Below, in pieces: positions 16,232 through 23,977 of a stretch of DNA of 23,977 bases (within the stretch, counting starts at the first letter, position 1; the number at the start of each line of letters is the position of its first letter). This DNA comes from an uncultured Thermoplasmatales archaeon (GTDB lineage Archaea; Thermoplasmatota; E2; UBA202; DSCA01), in the NCBI GenBank assembly GCA_964514975.1, contig CAZESS010000026.1, forward strand, positions 1 through 23,977, given 5' to 3'. Position numbers and translations under genes: made by a program. The notes beneath the pieces were generated by a model. The model saw only the letters and a list, made by a program, of their open reading frames with translations. It did no database searches and had not been told where the DNA came from.

Positions 16232-19200
16232 ATGGGCCTGGACGCCGCCCTGTATCTGGCACCGCTGCTCGTCGGCGGCATCGTTTCGCTGCTGTTACTG
16301 GTGACGCTGTTTCCCCGGCGCCGCTCGCCACTGGTCCGGATGTTCATGCTGTTTCTCGGCGCCGTCTGCCTGTGGACGTTTGCCTACATCCTCGAACTAT
16401 GGGCGGGTGATTTCTCAGGGACGCTGCTCTGGCGGAAGGTTAGATATGTCGGCGTCTGCTTTGCCCCCGTCCTCTGGTTTTGTTTCGCGATGCGGTACAG
16501 CGGACGGGAGCAATGTACCCGTTTGCGGTCGCTGGTGCTGCTGTCCATTGTCCCCGTGGTGGCCCTGGCTTTTTTGTGGCTCAGCGGCCATGAGGGGCTG
16601 TTTTTTACCGGGATGGCCAGCGTCACCGACGGGCCTTTCACGGTCATCGAGGACAGCGCCGGGCCGTTTTTCTGGGCGCAGGCCGTCTATGGATATCTGC
16701 TCGTGATGGCCGGCATCGTGTTCCTCCTCCGGCATGCGGCGACCGGCGCTCGCATCTATGTCCGGCAGGCGCTCTCCGTCGTGGCCGGCATCCTCGTGCC
16801 GTTTCTGGGCAACCTGTTCGTCGTGCTGGGTGTGAACCCGTTTTCGTTTCCCTATGATGTCACGCCGGCGCTGTTTCCGGTGGCGGCGGTGGCGGTCTGG
16901 TGGAGCATTTTCCGCTTCCGGTTTCTGGACATGGTGCCGGTGGCCCGGCGGGCGCTGTTCGACAGCCTGGACGACATCATTTTCGTCGTTGACGACCGGA
17001 GCCGGATTATTGATGGTAACCCTGCCGCGGTTGAGCTTCTCGCCGGCCTGTCGTCATCCCTTGAGGGCGGCGTGATAGGCCGGCAGGCCGACGACATGTT
17101 TTCGGGGTATCCCGAGCTGGCTGCTATTGCTCGGGCGACCGAGAAGATGGAGACGGAGCTCGCTGTTTCGGCTGGCGACCAGGAGAGATATTATGATGTA
17201 ACCGCGTCGCCGATGTACGGCCGGGGCGGGACATGCGTCGGCCGCCTGGTGACCATGCGGGATATCACCGACCGGAAGGAGGTGGAGAATGCGCTGCGCC
17301 ATCGCATCGAGCTGCAGGAGCTCATCAGCGGCCTGTCGACGCATTTCATCAACCTGCCACCGGATGAGGTCGACGACGGAATCCATGGCGCGCTGCGGCA
17401 AATCGGCCGGTTCGTTGATGTTGACCGGTGCTATGTGTTCAGGTTTTCCGATGACCTCGCTCGGATGGATAACACCCATGAATGGTGCGCCGAGGATGTC
17501 GAGCCGCAGCGGGAGCATCTGCAGGGGCTGTCGGCGGATTCGTTTCCCTGGTGGATGGAACGGCTGCGCCGCTTCGAGGTGATACATGCCCCATGTGTCG
17601 ATGACCTGCCACCGGCTGCCGTGGCGGAGAAAGACATCCTGCAGGCGCAGAACATCAGGTCGCTGGTGGTCGTGCCGATGGCGTACCGGCAGGAACTGGT
17701 CGGGTTCATCGGGTTTGACTCGGTGCGGGAGGAAAAACAGTGGTCGGACGAAACCGTTGACCTGCTGCGGCTCGTCGGCGACATCATCGTCAACGCGCTC
17801 GAGCGGAAAAAAGCCGAGGGGCAGCGACGGTTTCAGCGGCAATATTTCCAGGCATTGTTCAATGATTCCCCGGAGGCCATCGTCTCCCTCGACCGGCATC
17901 ACCGGGTGCTGGATGTCAATCCCTCGTTCCGGAGGCTGTTTGGATACACCGCCGAGGAGCTCAAAGGAGAAAACATCGACGATTATATTCTTCCCGACGA
18001 CGAATATGAGCGCGAGGGCAGGGGTATAACGGACAAGGTAACGCACGGCCAGGAGGTGAAAACGGAGACGGTGCGGCAGCATAAGGACGGCAGCGAGGTG
18101 TACGTATCCCTGTGGGCGTCCCCGATTTTCGTCGACGGCGAAGAGGTCGGCATCTTCGGCATATACCGGGACATAGGGGAGCGCAAGCGGGCCGAATGGG
18201 AAACCCGGCGCCGGGCGACGCAGGCATCGCTCATCTACGAGGTCGGACGGGAGGTCAGCGGCGAGCTCGACCTGCAGGAGCTGCTGCCGAAAATCGTTCA
18301 GGCCGTCCGGGATTCCTTCAGCTATTTCGGGGTGCATCTCTTTCTCGCCGACGAGGACACCGGAAACCTGCATCTGCAGTCCATCGCCGGCGGATACGAA
18401 GAGGTGTTTCCGCTGGAGCTCACCATAGCGCCGGGCGAGGGCCTGATAGGCCGGGCGGCCGAAACAGGTGAAACACAGGTCAGCAACGACGTCAGCACCA
18501 GCCCCCATTATGTGCAGAAGGCAGGTGAGATGACCATGGCCGAGATGGCCGTCCCCGTGAAAAAGGGAGCGCAGGTCATCGGCGTCCTCGACATCCAGGC
18601 CGACACCTCCGACGTGTTTGATGAGAGCGACGTGACCGCGATGGAAACGCTCAGCACCCAGATAGCTGCAGCCATCGAAAACGCCCGGCTGTACGAGCAG
18701 GCGCAGCGAGAAATCGCGGAGCGGCAGCAGGCCGAGAAAAACCTCGCCGAGCTCAACGAGGTGCTCCGGCTGACCAACAAGATACTCCGGCATGACATCC
18801 TCAACGACATGCAGGTCGCGCAGAGCGCCCTTGAGCTGTACCGCGAGGGCGAAAGCGAGGACATGCTCGAGCGCATACGTCGCAGGATACAGCAGAGCGT
18901 CGAGCTCATCAACCGGATGCGCCAGCTTGAATCTCTCATCTCCGCCGGCGGGGACATGCAGGCCTATGACGCCGGAGCCGTCGTTGCGGAGGCAGCGGAG
19001 GACCATCCCGCGACATGCAACGTGCACGGGACCTGCATGGTGAAAGCCGACGACGCCATCCACTCCGTCATCGACAACCTCCTGGAAAACGCGGTCGTGC
19101 ACGGCGGCGCTGACACCATCGACGTAACCATCGAACAGCGGGACGACAGCGGCATGCTACGCATCGCCGACAACGGCACCGGCATCCCCGACGACATCAA

Positions 19201-19375
19201 GCAGCAGGTGTTCGCCGAGGGCTTCAGCCATGGCGATAACGCCGGTACAGGTCTCGGCCTCTACATCGTCAAAAAAACCGTGGAGCGCTACGGCGGCTCC
19301 ATAGCCATCGAGGACAACGAGCCGCACGGCGCCGTCTTCGTGCTGCGGCTGCCCGCAGGGGGGGAGGAACCATGA
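16232..19375 (+). CDS. Membrane sensor histidine kinase: HisKA_7TM-like region, PAS, GAF, PAS, GAF, DHp, HATPase
   Basis: About seven hydrophobic segments ending FRFLDMVPVAR, PAS/GAF motifs, H-box LRHDILND, N-box NLLENAVVHG, G1 DNGTGIP, F-box VFAEGFS, G2 GTGLGL. GGAGG SD upstream. Confidence 0.95.
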   Translation: MGLDAALYLAPLLVGGIVSLLLLVTLFPRRRSPLVRMFMLFLGAVCLWTFAYILELWAGDFSGTLLWRKVRYVGVCFAPVLWFCFAMRYSGREQCTRLRSLVLLSIVPVVALAFLWLSGHEGLFFTGMASVTDGPFTVIEDSAGPFFWAQAVYGYLLVMAGIVFLLRHAATGARIYVRQALSVVAGILVPFLGNLFVVLGVNPFSFPYDVTPALFPVAAVAVWWSIFRFRFLDMVPVARRALFDSLDDIIFVVDDRSRIIDGNPAAVELLAGLSSSLEGGVIGRQADDMFSGYPELAAIARATEKMETELAVSAGDQERYYDVTASPMYGRGGTCVGRLVTMRDITDRKEVENALRHRIELQELISGLSTHFINLPPDEVDDGIHGALRQIGRFVDVDRCYVFRFSDDLARMDNTHEWCAEDVEPQREHLQGLSADSFPWWMERLRRFEVIHAPCVDDLPPAAVAEKDILQAQNIRSLVVVPMAYRQELVGFIGFDSVREEKQWSDETVDLLRLVGDIIVNALERKKAEGQRRFQRQYFQALFNDSPEAIVSLDRHHRVLDVNPSFRRLFGYTAEELKGENIDDYILPDDEYEREGRGITDKVTHGQEVKTETVRQHKDGSEVYVSLWASPIFVDGEEVGIFGIYRDIGERKRAEWETRRRATQASLIYEVGREVSGELDLQELLPKIVQAVRDSFSYFGVHLFLADEDTGNLHLQSIAGGYEEVFPLELTIAPGEGLIGRAAETGETQVSNDVSTSPHYVQKAGEMTMAEMAVPVKKGAQVIGVLDIQADTSDVFDESDVTAMETLSTQIAAAIENARLYEQAQREIAERQQAEKNLAELNEVLRLTNKILRHDILNDMQVAQSALELYREGESEDMLERIRRRIQQSVELINRMRQLESLISAGGDMQAYDAGAVVAEAAEDHPATCNVHGTCMVKADDAIHSVIDNLLENAVVHGGADTIDVTIEQRDDSGMLRIADNGTGIPDDIKQQVFAEGFSHGDNAGTGLGLYIVKKTVERYGGSIAIEDNEPHGAVFVLRLPAGGEEP

Positions 19376-20987
19376 ACCAACGCGAAGGCATCCTCCTGCT
19401 GGCCGCCTCCGTCGTAATATATGTCACATTTTTCTTTCTGTTGTATCCGGTGGTGGGAGCTGCCGTGGTGGGATTGTCCATCGTCGTCCCGCTCATTGGG
19501 GGATGGATGTGGGGATTGCGACCCGGCGTGGCCAGCGGCCTGGCCATGTTCCCGGTGAACGTGGCGCTCCTGCTGATGGAGGGAGAGGCGGCCTGGCATC
19601 TGATGACCCATGGCGGCCTCATCGGGACAATCATCCTGGTGGTGGTCGGGGGCGCGGTCGGCCATCTCCATGACCTTCAGCGCCGAATACGGGAGAGCGA
19701 ACAGAAATTTAGAAAACTGGCTGAGACCACCTCCACCGCCATCATGCTCTACCAGGATAACCGGTGGATCTATGCCAATCCCGCGGCGGAGAACATATGT
19801 GGGTACAGCCAGGAGGAGCTAAGGGGAAAAGAGGTTGAGGAAATTGTCGTCCCGGAACAGCGAGACATGGTACGGAAACGGGCGGAACAGCGACAGCAGG
19901 GAAAACCGGCCCCCTCAGGTTACGAATTTAAAATAGTGACCAAGGAGGGAAACGAGCGGTGGGTCTATCTCGAGGGGCCAACATGGAGCATGAGGGACGA
20001 CCGGCGGGCCTCATATCGGTGCTCGACGTCACCGACCGGAAGGAAACGGAGAAAAAGCTCCGGCTGGCCCAATATAGCCTGGACAACGCCGCGTTCAGCA
20101 TCTTCTGGATTACGCCCGAGGGCCACTTCAAATATGTCAATAAGGCCGCCTGTAAAAAGCTCGGGTACACCCGGAAGGAACTGCTTGACATGTCCGTATG
20201 GGACATAGACCCGGACCATACCCGGGACAGAAGACAGGAGACCTGGAAAGACTACAAGCAAAATAAACTGAAGACCTTCGAAACCAGGCATCGTACAAAG
20301 GACGGCCGGATATACCCCGTCGAGGTGACATCCTGCTACATCCAGCACAAGGGACAGGAATACGAGTTCGCCTACGCGGTTGACATCACCGGACGCAAAA
20401 AAGCGGAGCGGCGATATCGCAGCGTGGTCGAGAACGCCCATGACGCCATCTACATCATCCATCCTGAAAAAGGATTCCAGTACGTCAACCCGGCCTTCGA
20501 GGACATCACGGGCTACAGCGCCGACGAGATATACAGCGACACGTTTTCCTTCTGGGACCTCATCCATCCCGACGACCGGGCGATGGTAGAAGAGCGGGGG
20601 AAAGCGCGAGCCCGAGGTGTGGATGTCCCCGAACGCTACGAGTTCCGGGTGATCGCCAAAAACGGTGCGACCAGGATACTGGAGGCCACCACGGTCGACA
20701 TCGGAACGGGAGACAAGGCCCTGGTGATGGGCATCCTCCGCGATGTCACACAACGGGAGCAGGCCGTCAGGGAAATGAAACGGGCCCTGCAGCTCGAAAA
20801 ACAGTTCAAAGCAGATGCATCCCATTTTTTCCTCAATCCGATCGCCATCGCCAAGGGCTACATGGAGCTAGCCATGGAAGAGATGCCCGCTGTCTGCCGA
20901 AAAAAAATCAAAGCGTCCCGTGACGCCATCAAACGGGTGGAAAACGTCATTAAAAACATCGTCGAAAAAGGCGAAATACGTGAGTAA
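19372..20987 (+). pseudogene. Membrane-anchored three-PAS sensor with a terminal DHp and no HATPase, split by a 1-nt deletion at 19974-19977 (true frameshift or sequencing error)
   Basis: ORF 19372..20208 (TM helices plus PAS up to WVYLEG) continues in ORF 19959..20987 (ANMEHEGRPAGLISVLDVT). Adding one G to GGGG restores a 538-aa protein ending ASHFFLNPIAIAKGY...GEIRE. Confidence 0.85.
20430..20537 (+). repeat. 108-nt inverted repeat, arm 2; partner at 9791-9898
   Basis: 107/108 identity, with a single synonymous mismatch at 20465. Confidence 0.95.
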
Positions 20988-21015
20988 CATCGTGTTGCTG
21001 GTTTACAGCGAACCA
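20980..21015 (+). pseudogene. Relic 5' end of a response-regulator gene
   Basis: GTG AGT AAC... encodes VSNIVLLVYSEP, against VSKIILIVDDEP in the intact receiver, with the same GTGAGTAA start/stop overlap. Confidence 0.6.
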
Positions 21016-21073
21016 TCCCCAGACAGACCCCTATTGACCATCGAGCATACATTGCGCTCAGATGAGGAGCAGG

Positions 21074-23110
21074 TCAGTGGCCCCGCCGCCGATGGAGCAC
21101 CAGCGCCGCCGCGGCGAGCAACAGCAGCGCCATGGAAAACCCGGGTATCTCGTCGCCGCCATCGTCTCTCCGGCCGGGGCGGGCTGGCTCGGTGGTGGTG
21201 AACGATATCGTGTAGCTGTCGTCGAGCCGGATGCCATGCAGGCTGGTAGCGTTGTCATGCAGGATGACAGTATAGCTCGTGCTATGGCTCAGGTTGCCCG
21301 TGGGATGCAGGGTAAGCGTCGTGGTGTTCCATGTGGTGATATGGGGAAAATCTGCGGAGAGCGCGTTTACCACGCTGCCCCGGTCCATCGCCTCCGAGAA
21401 ACGCATCCTGACCGATGTGTCCACGGGCACCTTCCGAGCACCGTTTTCGGGCCATACCGACAGGAGCGTGGGACGGACGACGGTGAAAGACAACGTGTAG
21501 GCTGCGGGCAGATGGTTGCGGTGCCGGTCCGTCGCATGCCGGTTTACGGTCACCGTGTAGGAGCCGGGCTGCAGCACGTCCGTGACGATGGCGAGCACGC
21601 TGCCGTTGTCACTCCATTCGAGATGATGGCTGAACCATGGCTGCAGCTCGAGCGCCCTGATGAAATACCGGGTTTCCATTTCCTCGGAAAACCGGATGCG
21701 GATGGTGCCGTTGGCCGGCATCGTTCCACCCTGCCCGGGATGTGTTTCCTCGACCGAGGGCGGCGTGGTGTCGGCGGAGGCCGTCTGGAATGAAACGCTG
21801 AACGGCCGGGCGAGATGCTGCCCGCTTGTCCGCTGCAGCCGCGTTGACAGCGTGACGGTGTAGGTGGTCTCATAGGCCCACTGCTCCCGGGGAGCTATCT
21901 CCAGGTGTGTGGCGTCGCGCCATGACACACCGGCGAGGACGGACGGCGTTATGGTGACGGCCTGCGCCGCGATGCTCTGGTTCATAGGATGGGAAAACGT
22001 GACCGTGAGCGGGGTGAAAACGTCGACGTCAGTGGCGTCGCCGGATGGTCTGGTGCCCGTGACCGACGGAGGCGAGGTGTCGACGGTGAACTGCCATCTC
22101 GCTGTGGCGGTCTGCCCGGCGTTGTCCTTCGCCCGCACCTCGAAGGTGTAGGTGCCGTCGGCGAGCCCGTCGTAGCTGCTCTGCCGTGTCCCTGTCCATG
22201 GCGACCACGTGTCGCTCCGGCCGAGCAGCCGGACGGAAAACGATATCTCCCCCGCAGGGGTCATGTCGTCGGTGGCCGTCCATCCAAAGGAGGCGTTCCG
22301 CACGCCGATGACCACATCCGGCTTTTCGATGATGGAGACATCCGGCGGCGCATCCTCTGGCGGACGAGCCGCAACGGCAGCGTCGACATAGTGAGCGGTG
22401 AACTGCCGGGTGTTATCCGGCGGGTCGGAGTACCGCTGGTGTCCCTCCGCGTTGAACATCGCAGCAATGACCATGACGTTGTCCCGTGTCACCCCCGTGA
22501 AGCCCGCCTGGCTGGCGTTCCATACGGCGTCGATGGACATGGTGCCGTCAAGGCTGACGGAGCGCTCGATAGCGAAGTCGAGGAACGCATAGCGGTAGTC
22601 CTCGCCGTCGTGGTCCTTCCAGCGAGAGGTTGGCTCGACGACATAGACCCGCAGGGTGCCCTCGTAGGCGTCGCTGCTCCGGATGGTGCCATCGACCGAG
22701 AGCTCGCCGTCCTGCCATGCAACATCAAGGGACAGGTCGACACTCGCCCGCGCCCGGTCGCGGGAGGACTCCACGGCGCTCCGGTAGGGCGTCACGGCTG
22801 ATTTTCCGCCGACCACGAGCTCGTAGCCCCCGTCGAAAAACGAGGTGGGATACACCGCCGGGTTGTAGCCGTCTATCCGGTCAGCGGCCAGGTTGTTTTT
22901 GTCGGTGACCATCATGACATAGATGAAGTCGTCGTCGCTGCGGCGGAGCTGCTCGAGCGCCATGCCGGTGTTGGGGCAGCCCTGGCACCAGCTCGCCGTT
23001 GCCACCTCGCAGAGGACGACGTCGTTGCTGGACGGTGACGCCTCGCCGGGTATGACCTGCAGAAAAGAGAAAAGGAAGAGGAGGGAGAGCGCGAGAGCGG
23101 CTGCTTTCAT
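21074..23110 (-). CDS. Surface protein: thioredoxin-like CxxC (Omp28-like) domain, FnIII-like domain, three Big_5/SbsA Ig-like domains, PGF-CTERM-like tail
   Basis: Signal peptide, EVATASWCQGC, YPTSFFDGG, three P....V.....I...FS..M repeats, IPGF followed by a hydrophobic helix and HRRRGH. Confidence 0.85.
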   Translation of the reverse strand: MKAAALALSLLFLFSFLQVIPGEASPSSNDVVLCEVATASWCQGCPNTGMALEQLRRSDDDFIYVMMVTDKNNLAADRIDGYNPAVYPTSFFDGGYELVVGGKSAVTPYRSAVESSRDRARASVDLSLDVAWQDGELSVDGTIRSSDAYEGTLRVYVVEPTSRWKDHDGEDYRYAFLDFAIERSVSLDGTMSIDAVWNASQAGFTGVTRDNVMVIAAMFNAEGHQRYSDPPDNTRQFTAHYVDAAVAARPPEDAPPDVSIIEKPDVVIGVRNASFGWTATDDMTPAGEISFSVRLLGRSDTWSPWTGTRQSSYDGLADGTYTFEVRAKDNAGQTATARWQFTVDTSPPSVTGTRPSGDATDVDVFTPLTVTFSHPMNQSIAAQAVTITPSVLAGVSWRDATHLEIAPREQWAYETTYTVTLSTRLQRTSGQHLARPFSVSFQTASADTTPPSVEETHPGQGGTMPANGTIRIRFSEEMETRYFIRALELQPWFSHHLEWSDNGSVLAIVTDVLQPGSYTVTVNRHATDRHRNHLPAAYTLSFTVVRPTLLSVWPENGARKVPVDTSVRMRFSEAMDRGSVVNALSADFPHITTWNTTTLTLHPTGNLSHSTSYTVILHDNATSLHGIRLDDSYTISFTTTEPARPGRRDDGGDEIPGFSMALLLLAAAALVLHRRRGH

Positions 23111-23137
23111 CGTAGCGTGAATGAACCGCGCCGTATT

Positions 23138-23563
23138 TCAAGATTTCGTCCTTCGTGCCAGCAGGGCGACGACGGCGACGGCTGCCATGACGACGCCGGC
23201 GGTGAACCCGGGCATCCCGTTGCCGCCCGCCGCTTCCATCCGGAATGCAGTGGAATTGTCATAGGTCACCGACCCGTTCTGATGGGTGACGGTGATGTTG
23301 AGATGCGCCTCACCTGTCTCGTTGATGTAAAACGTATGGCGGAACAGGTCGCCCTGCCGTTCCATCTCGGCAGGGATAAAGCACTTGTCGCCTATGCAGA
23401 CCATAACCGTCGCATTGACCGCCCCGGCAGGCGCGGGAAACGTGGCCGTAATCTCCTCGTGGGTCGCCGGCGTCTCCGGGGAAACCGTGACGTCGAGGGC
23501 GCCGGCCATGGGCGCGCATATGAGCAGCCCCATCAGGAGAACGGTATATGTTGTTCTGTTCAT
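23138..23563 (-). CDS. Small secreted Ig-like protein with a PGF-CTERM-like tail
   Basis: Signal peptide MNRTTYTVLLMGLLICAPMAGA, CIGDKC motif, MPGF followed by a TM helix and RRTKS. Confidence 0.8.
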   Translation of the reverse strand: MNRTTYTVLLMGLLICAPMAGALDVTVSPETPATHEEITATFPAPAGAVNATVMVCIGDKCFIPAEMERQGDLFRHTFYINETGEAHLNITVTHQNGSVTYDNSTAFRMEAAGGNGMPGFTAGVVMAAVAVVALLARRTKS

Positions 23564-23567
23564 GGTA

Positions 23568-23977
23568 TCATCCAAGCTTCAAAACCGTGGTGCTGTCGCT
23601 GGTTCTGCTTTCCTCGCCGTAGGCGAACACCGTTACCGGGACAAGTCCCTCGTCGATAACCTCGTCGTCATCGTAGTCGGTGTTCCACTCCCAGGTATAC
23701 GGCGCTGTCGTGTCGGTGTGCATGACGGCGCGGCCGCAGCCGCAGGCCATCTGCAGCAAAAACTCGACATATCGCACGCCGTCGGATGCCGTGGCTTCCA
23801 CGGTGACGTCGCCGACGACGACCTGTCCCGGGACGGGAAACACCTTGAGGCCGGCCAGGTAGATGCCGTTTTTTGGAGCCGATATAGACACCGACGGGCT
23901 GCCGGAGCGCGCGCGGGATAGCGGCATGGTGACGCTGAGGGTTGCGGTGTCGCTTTTGGCGCCGTTTCGGTCTTCCG
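23568..23977 (-). CDS. 3' end of a secreted Ig-like domain protein (5' part outside the window)
   Basis: The frame is open to the window edge (..EDRNGAKSDTATLSVTMP..). C-terminal domain with GIYL.G, VEF and APYTWEW. Confidence 0.75.
   Translation of the reverse strand, partial: EDRNGAKSDTATLSVTMPLSRARSGSPSVSISAPKNGIYLAGLKVFPVPGQVVVGDVTVEATASDGVRYVEFLLQMACGCGRAVMHTDTTAPYTWEWNTDYDDDEVIDEGLVPVTVFAYGEESRTSDSTTVLKLG

Noticed and set aside
16110-16331. N-terminal extension of the TFS ORF
   Set aside because: It spans the promoter region and overlaps the kinase gene; the TFS zinc ribbon begins at MFCPDC.
9488-19102. Long antisense ORFs (9488..11470, 11964..12815, 17054..19102 and similar)
   Set aside because: They lie opposite well-supported genes and are expected from high GC3.
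807-20537. Near-identical repeats as DGR template/variable repeats or as CRISPR
   Set aside because: There is no reverse transcriptase or cas gene, mismatches are too few and not adenine-specific, and there is no repeat-spacer periodicity.

Overview
GC-rich archaeal chromosomal window with about 18 genes. The lineage is inferred to be Thermoplasmatota (Thermoplasmata/MBG-D-like) from BRE-TATA promoters, Kae1/Bud32, FBP aldolase/phosphatase, TFS, PGF-CTERM tails and a C25 lipoprotein. Housekeeping genes: kae1-bud32-rdgB, fbp, a PD-(D/E)XK nuclease, mrp/apbC with a DUF123 GIY-YIG gene, and tfs. Surface/secreted proteins: a cohesin-PKD-CARDB protein with a cytoplasmic C4HC3 RING-like finger, a gingipain-like lipoprotein, and PGF-CTERM proteins. 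The most unusual content is a signalling cluster: one complete 7TM-PAS-GAF histidine kinase, two multi-PAS proteins that end in a bare HisKA/DHp hairpin with no ATPase domain (H+1 acidic kinase residue lost, H+4 Asn phosphatase residue kept), and an atypical stand-alone receiver. The two DHp-only genes share a 107/108-nt in-frame inverted repeat. One of them has a single-G frameshift and is followed by the relic of a second receiver gene. No rRNA, tRNA, CRISPR array or transposase was seen. All family calls come from motif recognition by eye, not from database searches.
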